Origin: Deltaproteobacteria bacterium
GTDB lineage: Bacteria; Myxococcota; Kuafuiibacteriia; Kuafuiibacteriales; Kuafuiibacteriaceae
DNA length: 64,000 bases
Reading direction: 5' to 3'
Assembly (NCBI GenBank): GCA_040218735.1
Contig: JAVJQW010000050.1
Location: 224,001 to 288,000 of the forward strand
Shown here piece by piece: positions 22,770-30,611 of the stretch. The position numbers and the translations under genes are program-made. The notes under the pieces are model-generated. The model saw only the letters and a list, made by a program, of their open reading frames with translations, was not told where the DNA came from and made no database searches. Each line of letters opens with the position of its first letter. Position 1 is the stretch's first letter.

Positions 22770-23282
22770 GTGGACATCGCCGACCAATCCTGTATTGAAC
22801 GCAATCGAATGGTCCTCTCTTGCTTGGTCGAGCCGCTGGTGGCGCCCCTCGTGGGCGCGCAGCGTAGTCGCATCAAGCGGAGCCGCCTCGCTGCCACGGC
22901 CCTCGCCTGCAGCGCGCTGATGGCGGCGGTGTGCCCGAGCCAGGCGAGCGAGCTCGCCAACGGGAGCAACGGCGGCACCGAGAAGACCGTCGTCCGCAAC
23001 GCCCACGCGAAGCCGGCGCCGATCCCGTTGCGGGTCGTGGTCGAGCAGTACGCGGTGCGACGAGACGAGCACCTCGAAATCGCTGCGCCCGGTGAGGCGG
23101 CGTCGTTCGAGCAGGAGGCGGTGTTCGGCCATCGGCTGAGACACCAACGCTTACTCGATCCCAACGCCGGACCACCGATGTCGCGCGCGCGTTCTCAGCA
23201 CCGACGTACGAGGTCGGTGGCTGCTTCCTTCCGTCTGTTCGGCTCCGGCCAATTACGCGCCGGTGCACCCGCACTGATCTGA
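22770..23282 (+). CDS. Hypothetical protein, start uncertain
   Basis: Only ORF filling the gap in the operon direction; contains a signal-like RSRLAATALACSALMAAV segment. Confidence 0.4.
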   Translation: MDIADQSCIERNRMVLSCLVEPLVAPLVGAQRSRIKRSRLAATALACSALMAAVCPSQASELANGSNGGTEKTVVRNAHAKPAPIPLRVVVEQYAVRRDEHLEIAAPGEAASFEQEAVFGHRLRHQRLLDPNAGPPMSRARSQHRRTRSVAASFRLFGSGQLRAGAPALI

Positions 23283-23390
23283 TCTTCCGCGGAACTTTTT
23301 CGCGGAACCTCTCGACACCCTCGGCTGTCTGCTAGGCACCCGAGGTTTCGATTCAAGCCCTCGTGGGGGCGACCTCAAAGGAGTCAAAGA

Positions 23391-24056
23391 ATGTTCGAAG
23401 AAATCGCACACCGGTACCAAGAGGGCGGCTGGGGTATGTACCCGATTACGCTCTGCTCGATCTTCATCTTCGCGATCGCGATCGAGCGCATCCAGTACCT
23501 GTACTTCAAGGCTTCCATCTCGAAGGACGCCTTCGTGCAGGCCATGCGTAAGTACATCCTCGCGGGCAACGTCGGTAAGGCGCTCGCCCTCTGCAGCCAG
23601 ACGCCGACGCCGCTGTCGAACATCATCAAGAGCGGCCTGGTGAAGGTGAACAAGTCGGACGCCGAGGTTCAGGCGGCCATGGACGAGGCCTCGCTCCGCG
23701 AGACGCCCCGCCTCGAGAAGCGCACGGCGTACCTCGCGATGCTCGCGAACGTCGCGATGCTCGCCGGTCTCCTCGGGACCATCGCGGGTCTCATCAAGTG
23801 CTTCGGCGCGGTCGCGACCGCCGACCCGTCCGAGAAGGCGACCCTGCTCGCCGCCGGTATCGCAGAGGCGATGAACTGCACCGCGTTCGGTCTGCTGACC
23901 GCCATCCCGGGGCTGCTCTTCTTCTCGATCCTCCAGGGCAAGACGCAGCAGCTGATGGACGACATCAACGAGGCGTCGGTGTCCGTGCTGAACCTGATCG
24001 TCACCAACCGCGACAAGCTCGACCTCTCGACGCTCGGCGCGGCGCGCGACGACTAA
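23391..24056 (+). CDS. aglR: TolQ/ExbB-like gliding motor subunit AglR
   Basis: GGWGMYPI, LANVAMLAGLLGTIAGLI, LAAGIAEAMNCTAFGL; first of a TolQ+TolR+TolR triplet; AAGGAG RBS. Confidence 0.8.
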   Translation: MFEEIAHRYQEGGWGMYPITLCSIFIFAIAIERIQYLYFKASISKDAFVQAMRKYILAGNVGKALALCSQTPTPLSNIIKSGLVKVNKSDAEVQAAMDEASLRETPRLEKRTAYLAMLANVAMLAGLLGTIAGLIKCFGAVATADPSEKATLLAAGIAEAMNCTAFGLLTAIPGLLFFSILQGKTQQLMDDINEASVSVLNLIVTNRDKLDLSTLGAARDD

Positions 24057-24116
24057 TTCTTAGACCCGAGATGCCTTCGCGGGCGTTAGGCCGCGCGAAG
24101 GGGAAAGGAGACGAAA

Positions 24117-24596
24117 ATGGCTGGTGGTGGAGCCCCACAACCATCTGACTCAGGTGGAAAAAAGTCGGTCGACTTTCAGCTCAACCTCGTGCCGTTCATC
24201 GACCTTCTCTCGGTGTTGATCTCGTTTCTGTTGATGACCGCGGTCTGGACTCAGATCGCGAAGATCGACGTGAAGCAGACGCCGAACCTGCCGTCGGACG
24301 AGCCGACCCCTCCCCCCGAGGAGGAGAAGCTCTCCCTGACGGTGCTGATCAAGTCCTCCGGGTACACGGTCAGCAAGAAGGGTGCGGTCGTCAAAGAGAT
24401 CGAGAAGAAGGGTGACGAGTACGATCAGACCACGCTCGCGGAGGTGCTCAAGCAAGTCGTTGCCGAGCATCCCGAGAACCACGACGTGACGGTGACGAGT
24501 GAGGACCGCGTGCCTTACCAGGAGCTGATCACGGTGATGGACACGTGTCTGATGCACAAACTGGACGGCATCTCTGTCGCCGGTGTGGACACCTAG
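24117..24596 (+). CDS. aglQ: TolR/ExbD-like gliding motor subunit AglQ
   Basis: MAGG...GGKKS, NLVPFIDLLSVLISFLLMTAVWTQI, VPYQELITVMD. Confidence 0.8.
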   Translation: MAGGGAPQPSDSGGKKSVDFQLNLVPFIDLLSVLISFLLMTAVWTQIAKIDVKQTPNLPSDEPTPPPEEEKLSLTVLIKSSGYTVSKKGAVVKEIEKKGDEYDQTTLAEVLKQVVAEHPENHDVTVTSEDRVPYQELITVMDTCLMHKLDGISVAGVDT

Positions 24597-24605
24597 GAGG
24601 GCCCG

Positions 24606-25178
24606 ATGCCGATCAAGAAACCAGGCAAGAAGCCCTTCGCGCCGTGGCTGAAGAAGCACCGTGCGCTCACGGGTGGCAAAGGCAAGAAGCAGGGGGTGGC
24701 AGATCTCCTGCTCACGCCGCTCATCGACATGTTCGTGATTCTGGTCGTGTTCCTGATCATGAACTTCTCGGCGAGTGGTGAGCTGATCACCATCTCGAAG
24801 GACATCCAGCTGCCGAAGGCGACTTCGACGGCGGAGCTCGACCGGGCGCCGATCATCCAGATCTCCGCGAACACGATCGCGATCGAGGGGATCAAGGTGG
24901 GCGACTCGGAAGAGATCCTCAAGGATCCGGACCTGCGCATTCCGTCGCTGACGGACAAGCTCCAGGAGATGCGCAAGGTCGACGAGATGATGCACCCCGG
25001 TCAGCCCTTCAAGGGGCAGATCATCGTCAACTGCGACAAGGACATCGACTTCAAGCTCGTGCGGAAGGTGATGTTCGCCGCGGCGGACGCCGGGTACTCC
25101 AACTTCAACTACGCCGTGCTCGTCATCGGGGCCGGCGGGGAAGAAGGCGGAGAAGGCGGGGGCGCCAGCGAAGGCTGA
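24606..25178 (+). CDS. aglS: TolR/ExbD-like gliding motor subunit AglS
   Basis: MPIKKPGK, ADLLLTPLIDMFVILVVFLIMNFSASGE...KDIQLP, DIDFKLVRKVMF...AGYSNFNYAV. Confidence 0.8.
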   Translation: MPIKKPGKKPFAPWLKKHRALTGGKGKKQGVADLLLTPLIDMFVILVVFLIMNFSASGELITISKDIQLPKATSTAELDRAPIIQISANTIAIEGIKVGDSEEILKDPDLRIPSLTDKLQEMRKVDEMMHPGQPFKGQIIVNCDKDIDFKLVRKVMFAAADAGYSNFNYAVLVIGAGGEEGGEGGGASEG

Positions 25179-25209
25179 CGTCTCGAGCCTCACCGGCTGA
25201 GCTACTTCG

Positions 25210-25260
25210 AGCGGCCGCCTCGTCCCGAGTCGAATCGGGACGGCGCGGCCGCTTTGTTCT
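25210..25260 (+). terminator. Probable intrinsic terminator after aglS
   Basis: agcggccgc..cgtcccga / tcgggacg..gcggccgct long stem followed by ttgttct. Confidence 0.65.
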
Positions 25261-25279
25261 ACACTGACCCCGAGCGCCC

Positions 25280-27157
25280 ATGGCTGGCCCAACCCCGACC
25301 CTCGAGCCCGGCGAACGGCTCGGGCGTTATCAGCTGCTGCAACCCCTCGGTGAAGGGGGCATGGCCAAGGTCTTCATCGCGCTCAAGGACAACGCCCACG
25401 AGGTCTGCGTCCTCAAGCAGCTCCACCTCCAGCTCGAGGGTCAAAACGAAGCCGTCGTGCGCTTCACGCGCGAGGCGCACATCGCTTCGCTCCTGAGGCA
25501 CCCCAACATCGCGACCATCTCGGACGCCGGTATCGAGGGCGAGAAATTCTGCATCGCGATGGAGTACATCGCGGGCGAGACCGTCGAGGCGATGGTCCGC
25601 GCCGCGCGCAAACAGGGCGGCGTGCTCCCGTTCGAAGTCACCGTACCGATCATCCTCGCGGCGCTCGACGGCCTGCACTACGCCCACGAGCTCGCCAGCC
25701 CCGACGGCAAGGCGCTCAAGCTCGTCCACCGCGACCTGTCGCCGCGAAACGTCATGCTCAGCTACGCCGGGGAGACCAAGCTGATCGACTTCGGCATCGC
25801 GAAGGGCGAGGTCGACGAGTACAAGACCGCGATCGGCAGCCTCATGGGGACGCCGTATTACATGTCGCCCGAGCAGGCGCGCGCGGTGGCGGTCGATCGA
25901 CGGAGCGACGTCTACACGCTCGGCGCCGTGCTGTTCGAGATGCTGTCGGGGCGGCGCCTCGTCCAGGCCAAGGGCCGCGCGAAGATCTTGATGACGGTCG
26001 CGCGCGAAAAGGCGCCACCGGTCACCAAGCTGAACCCAGCGGTGCCGCCCGAGCTCGAGGCGGTGCTGTTCAAGGCGCTGGAGAAGAACCCGGACGACCG
26101 CTACCCGACCGCCAGGGCGTTCGCGGACGCGTTGAAGGAGGCGGTCGGTCACCTGACGCAGACCCCCGAGGCGCAGCTCGGCATGTTCATTCAGGAGCTG
26201 TTCCCGCAGGGGAAGGCGAAGGCGCAGGAGATCGTCGCGCTCGGGCACCGCGCGAACGTCGGGCCGCCGGTCGAGGCGACGCGTGTCGCGACCACCGACG
26301 AAGACGGCGAGCTGGTCATGCCTTCGGCGCTCTCGCCGGGCGGCACGAGTGAACGCACCCGCACCGGGTTCGTGGATGCGACGGCGATGACGCCGCAGGA
26401 CGTCGGGCTCCCCACGCGCACCGGCTACGTGGCCGCGCCCCAGAGCACGCCGGACGCAATGCCGATGCCCCTCGCGGAGCCGACGGCTGCGCCCGTCTTC
26501 GATCCGGCCTCGACGCACCCGTCCGCCCACTACCCGTCCCAGACTTACGCGGACAGCCACGACGCGCTGGTTTCGCGGTCGTCGATGACCCACGCGACGC
26601 GCACGAGCCCGGTGCAGAAGATCGGCGTGGGCTTCACGCTGCTGCTGTTGTGCATCGTGGGGTACGTCGCCTACGGGCACCTCACCGCGCCGGTGGGGAT
26701 CAGCGCCGCGCCGCCCACGTCGACGCCGCCGCCCGTCGGCGTCGCGACGGCGAAGCCCACGCCTACGGCCGCACCCAACCCGGTGCTGGTCGAGTCCGAA
26801 CCGCCGCCGCCCGTGCGTCGCGCGCCGCCGCCGCCCCCACCGCCGCGACGGACGAAGGCGCCGCCACCCGCAAAGCGGGTGAAGACCGCCCCGACGAAGA
26901 CGGCGCCTCCACCTCCCCCGCCGCCGCGCGCCAAGGAGCCGAGCGGCCTCGAAGGCGCGCTCGCATCCCTGAAGCGCTCACGCGCGAAGAGCGACGCGGT
27001 CGCGCTGAACCGCCGCGTCCAGCGCGCGGTGGATCGGCTCCCCGAGGGGCGCGAGAAGGACGCGGCGCAACGCGAGCTGGACCGCTTCGCGATGACCAAC
27101 GAAATCAACGCGATGATCGACGCGCTCTCCGGCGCAATCTCGGTACTTCGCCGTTAG
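25280..27157 (+). CDS. Hanks-type Ser/Thr protein kinase with TM segment and Pro-rich C-terminus
   Basis: GEGGMAKV, VLK, HRDLSPRN, DFG, GTPYYMSPEQ, SDVYTLG; TM IGVGFTLLLLCIVGYV. Confidence 0.95.
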   Translation: MAGPTPTLEPGERLGRYQLLQPLGEGGMAKVFIALKDNAHEVCVLKQLHLQLEGQNEAVVRFTREAHIASLLRHPNIATISDAGIEGEKFCIAMEYIAGETVEAMVRAARKQGGVLPFEVTVPIILAALDGLHYAHELASPDGKALKLVHRDLSPRNVMLSYAGETKLIDFGIAKGEVDEYKTAIGSLMGTPYYMSPEQARAVAVDRRSDVYTLGAVLFEMLSGRRLVQAKGRAKILMTVAREKAPPVTKLNPAVPPELEAVLFKALEKNPDDRYPTARAFADALKEAVGHLTQTPEAQLGMFIQELFPQGKAKAQEIVALGHRANVGPPVEATRVATTDEDGELVMPSALSPGGTSERTRTGFVDATAMTPQDVGLPTRTGYVAAPQSTPDAMPMPLAEPTAAPVFDPASTHPSAHYPSQTYADSHDALVSRSSMTHATRTSPVQKIGVGFTLLLLCIVGYVAYGHLTAPVGISAAPPTSTPPPVGVATAKPTPTAAPNPVLVESEPPPPVRRAPPPPPPPRRTKAPPPAKRVKTAPTKTAPPPPPPPRAKEPSGLEGALASLKRSRAKSDAVALNRRVQRAVDRLPEGREKDAAQRELDRFAMTNEINAMIDALSGAISVLRR

Positions 27158-27288
27158 CGGCCGGCAAGCCGGACCTGCGGCGACTACGCGCGCCGGGGCG
27201 CGCTGCGCGCTACGGGCTGACGCCCTTCGCTTGCCCCACTACGCCGTTAATGGCCGGCAAGCCCCACTGCGCCGTTGACGGCCCAGAC
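27145..27288. repeat. Imperfect 26-28-bp direct repeats around a REP-like palindromic element
   Basis: acttcgccgttagcggccggcaagcc (27145-27170) matches actacgccgttaatggccggcaagcc (27238-27263); gccccact[ag]cgccgtt repeats at 27233 and 27261. Confidence 0.65.
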
Positions 27289-27292
27289 GAGG

Positions 27293-27499
27293 TCAGCCGG
27301 AGGCGGGGGCCGTGCGCTCCTCGGCCCAGGCGCTCTTGTGGTTGGCCATCGCGAGGTGAGCGTCCCAGCAGTCGACCGTGCAGAAGACCAACGCGGTGCG
27401 CTTGCGGTTGCACGTGGAGACGCTGCAGACGTAGTGCGCTCCGCCGTGCTGAATCTCTTTCTTGCAGATGGCGCACTTCTTCCAGGTCGATGCCGTCAC
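27293..27499 (-). CDS. Small Cys/His-rich zinc-binding protein (ZZ-finger-like), 68 aa
   Basis: GTG 27499: WKKCAICKKEI...YVCSVSTCNRKRTALVFCTVDCWDAHLAMANH. Confidence 0.8.
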   Translation of the reverse strand: MTASTWKKCAICKKEIQHGGAHYVCSVSTCNRKRTALVFCTVDCWDAHLAMANHKSAWAEERTAPASG

Positions 27500-27539
27500 G
27501 GACGCGACGGTACGAGGGCCGTGCGGAACGTTCAAGATG

Positions 27540-28388
27540 CTACGGGAGCGAAAGCGGCTCGTTGCAGCTGCCGTGGACCACGATCCGCCCCTCCGACGCC
27601 GGAGTGATGGGCGAGTTGGCCTCGATGTCCGCGCGGATCGACGCAACCCAGTCCATCTCGGCGTGGCCGATGAAGTAACGATCCGTGACCTCGCCGAGGG
27701 CGAGGAAGCCGTCACGGCCGTCCGCGAGGAAGCTGTTCAGGCCCACGGCGATCGACACGTCGGCGAGTAGGTCGATGTCGTTCTCGCGGTCGAAGATGAC
27801 CTCGCCGTGCAGCTCGATACGGCGGATGCGCGTGCCCGGCGTCTCGATGGCGTCACCTGTCGCGTTGATCACCTGGCGCTGCCCCGCGCAGTCGATCTCG
27901 TAGTGAAGCCCCGCCGAAGGGTGGAGGAGCCAGCCGCCGCCGAGGTTCGCGAGGTCGGCCGGGAGCGCCGAGGCGCTCCGCTCGAGGACCTCGAGGAGGA
28001 CGACGCCGTCGATCTGCATGACGACCTGGTCGTTCGAGAAGGGGAGCCACCCCGCGACATCGATGTCGGTCAGGTCACCCGCCGGATACACCTGCCCGCG
28101 CGCCGCGCCCGGCGTGAGGAACGTGAACGTCGTCTCGTCGACCGGACCGCCGCGAATGGCGCCGGCGTTCACGAGCGACACGTCGACCGGGTGACCGTGC
28201 GCCGCGAAGTCGGAGCCGAGGACGTCCGCGATGTAGTTACCGATCGCGGCCTCGCCGGCGTGGGTCGTCTCGACGCGTGTGTCGATGTCGACGCTCGTCT
28301 GACCGATGACCGTCCCTTCGACGACCGGCGCTTCGCCGCCGCTGCACGCGCCGAGCAAGAGAACCGAGATGGGTATGTATTTCTTCAT
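27540..28388 (-). CDS. Lipoprotein consisting only of a 5'-nucleotidase C-terminal (substrate-binding) domain
   Basis: Lipobox LLGAC; GEAAIGNYIAD, VNAGAIRG, LPFSN, NSFLADGRDGF, EGRI; no metallophosphoesterase motifs. Confidence 0.85.
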   Translation of the reverse strand: MKKYIPISVLLLGACSGGEAPVVEGTVIGQTSVDIDTRVETTHAGEAAIGNYIADVLGSDFAAHGHPVDVSLVNAGAIRGGPVDETTFTFLTPGAARGQVYPAGDLTDIDVAGWLPFSNDQVVMQIDGVVLLEVLERSASALPADLANLGGGWLLHPSAGLHYEIDCAGQRQVINATGDAIETPGTRIRRIELHGEVIFDRENDIDLLADVSIAVGLNSFLADGRDGFLALGEVTDRYFIGHAEMDWVASIRADIEANSPITPASEGRIVVHGSCNEPLSLP

Positions 28389-28412
28389 GGCTTGATCTCC
28401 TCTTTCTTCGCG

Positions 28413-30611
28413 TCACTTGAAGCGTACGGTCGCTCCCAGGTACGCCCACCACGAGCTCGCCGGAATCTGGCGCTCACCGTACGCGCGCCAGACGGGCAGT
28501 TTTTTGTCGATCGGCACCGCGACAGTCGCCGCGAGCGCGATCTTGTCGTCCAGCAACCGGTACGTGGCGTTGCCGCGCAGCTCGTGGTGCGCGGGGCGGA
28601 CGTACTGGAAGACGAAGGACTCGAATTGGAAGCGTGAGTTGTTGCGACTCTCGCTCATGTACGCGTGCGACAGCCCCACGGTGAGCGGCGTCCACGGCCG
28701 CATCACCAAAGAGGTGTTCACGCGCAGCTCCGGCAGATCGGTGAGGTGTCGGTTCGTGAACTTCAGATCGTTGAACTGCTCGTACCCGTCGAGGCCCTCC
28801 CCCGTCTGGCGACGGTAGGCGTAGCTCACGTTGGTCTCGAGGTAGTTGTCCGCGTCGAGCAGCAGACGAATCTCACCCTCCGCACCGAAGATTTCCTGAC
28901 CCGGGAAGTTCTCGACGTCTCGGAAGTTCAGGTTCGACGTGGGGTCCGGCGCGATGACGTCGTTGGTCACCGTGTAGAACGACGCGACGCGCAGCTGCAC
29001 ACGATCGTGCGGCCGCCAGTCGACACCGAGCTCGACCGCGTTCGTGACCTCGGGCCTCAGATCTTCGTCACCGCGAACGCGGTACCCCGTCGGAGTCAGC
29101 GACGTGTAGTCGTACAGCTCCGCGAACGTCGGCGCGCGGAACGCTCGGCCGTAGAGCGCCTTGAGCGTGAACCGCTCGTGCGGCGCCCAGATCAGCGCGA
29201 TGCGCGGGTTCAGTGAGCTGCCGAAGTCGCTGTATGCGTCGAACCGAAGGCCCGCCGTCAGCCACAACGCATCGAGGAGCGCGACCTCGGCCTGCACGAG
29301 CGGCGCCACCAACGTACGCGTCGCTCCGCGCTGCTCCAACGGGAGCCCGTCGTGGTTGGCGAAGGTGTCGCGACTTCCGTCGGTCGCGAAGTTCTGTCCG
29401 TACGTGAAGCTCGGCAACCAGTCGTGCTCGACCTGGAAGCCGGCGAGCAGCCGCAGGCGATTCACGACGCTCCCCTGGTACTCGCGCGTGAACACCAGGT
29501 GGGAACGCGCCGCCAACCGCATGGCTTCGTACTCGCGACGCCGAATCTTGCCGTCCGCGTAGCGTTCGATCGCCGACACCTCGCCGTCGCCGTTGGCGTC
29601 GAAGAAGTACCCGTCGGGCTGATCTTGGATCCGCTCGTCGACGAGCTGCACGTCGTAGCTCAGGCGTGTTCGGAGCTCGACGTCGTCCGCGATGTCGATG
29701 TCGTGCGCGACGTAGCTCGATGAGATCATCCGCTGCACGTTCGACTCCGGCGTGAGCGTCGCCGACGCGCCGAAGTACGGGCCGTGCCGATCGAGCACGA
29801 ACACCGAACCCAGCTGCACCGTGTCCGCGTCCGCGAACACGCCCGTGCGACTGGCCACGATCTGCGCGAGCCCCGTGGCGAGCGGGAGCGAAGTCATACC
29901 GGGCGTCGCGCCGTACGGTCGGCCCGACGCCGCGTCCTCTTCGACCTTCACCTTCGGACCCGTCGACTCCCGGTACTGACCGAACGTCGAGAGCCGCCAC
30001 TGTCCGCGCCGCGCGCGATATTCGAGGCCGATTCGACCGCCGTACCCGAGCTCGTCGTCGACGTTGGCGTCACCCGCGGCGGTGAGCACACCGACGCTCC
30101 CCTCGTCCGGCGCGCCGCGCGTGACGATGGAGATGACCGCGGAGAAGGCGTTGGTTCCGTAGAGCGCCGAGCCCGGGCCACGGATGACCTCGATGCGCTC
30201 GACATTGGCGAGCAACAGCCGCGGGACGAAGTGTCCGTCGTAGAAGTCGTTGAGGGGCTGACCGTCGAGGGTGACGAGGATGTTGGCTTTGTTCTGAACG
30301 CCGCGGACGGCGACGATCAGATCGCCGAACTGGTCGTCGAGCACGGTCATGCCCGGAACGAGGCGGAGCGCATCGGCGAGGGTGAGGAGACCGAGCTGCT
30401 CGATCTGCTGGGCCGTAATCACGGACATCGTGGACGGCGCACGATCGATCGAGCGCTCGCCGAGGGTCGCCGAGGTGACGCGCACCGAGGTGAGCTCCTC
30501 CAACGACAGGTCCATGAGGTCGTTCACCTCGTCATCCAGGGATTGCGGATCGCCGGCGCCCGCCAGCGCCCATGCGATGGCGAGCAACGGCATGGCTTGC
30601 ACCGTCCTCAT
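28413..30611 (-). CDS. TonB-dependent receptor (YfiR-associated type)
   Basis: LMDLSLEELTSVRVTSA, APSTMSVITA, VERIEVIRGPGSALYGTNAF, GRAFRAPTFAELY, C-terminal YLGATVRFK. Confidence 0.92.
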   Translation of the reverse strand: MRTVQAMPLLAIAWALAGAGDPQSLDDEVNDLMDLSLEELTSVRVTSATLGERSIDRAPSTMSVITAQQIEQLGLLTLADALRLVPGMTVLDDQFGDLIVAVRGVQNKANILVTLDGQPLNDFYDGHFVPRLLLANVERIEVIRGPGSALYGTNAFSAVISIVTRGAPDEGSVGVLTAAGDANVDDELGYGGRIGLEYRARRGQWRLSTFGQYRESTGPKVKVEEDAASGRPYGATPGMTSLPLATGLAQIVASRTGVFADADTVQLGSVFVLDRHGPYFGASATLTPESNVQRMISSSYVAHDIDIADDVELRTRLSYDVQLVDERIQDQPDGYFFDANGDGEVSAIERYADGKIRRREYEAMRLAARSHLVFTREYQGSVVNRLRLLAGFQVEHDWLPSFTYGQNFATDGSRDTFANHDGLPLEQRGATRTLVAPLVQAEVALLDALWLTAGLRFDAYSDFGSSLNPRIALIWAPHERFTLKALYGRAFRAPTFAELYDYTSLTPTGYRVRGDEDLRPEVTNAVELGVDWRPHDRVQLRVASFYTVTNDVIAPDPTSNLNFRDVENFPGQEIFGAEGEIRLLLDADNYLETNVSYAYRRQTGEGLDGYEQFNDLKFTNRHLTDLPELRVNTSLVMRPWTPLTVGLSHAYMSESRNNSRFQFESFVFQYVRPAHHELRGNATYRLLDDKIALAATVAVPIDKKLPVWRAYGERQIPASSWWAYLGATVRFK

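Noticed and set aside
27145-27288. Mini CRISPR array
   Set aside because: The repeats are degenerate and irregularly spaced, partly tandem without spacers, and no cas genes are in the window.
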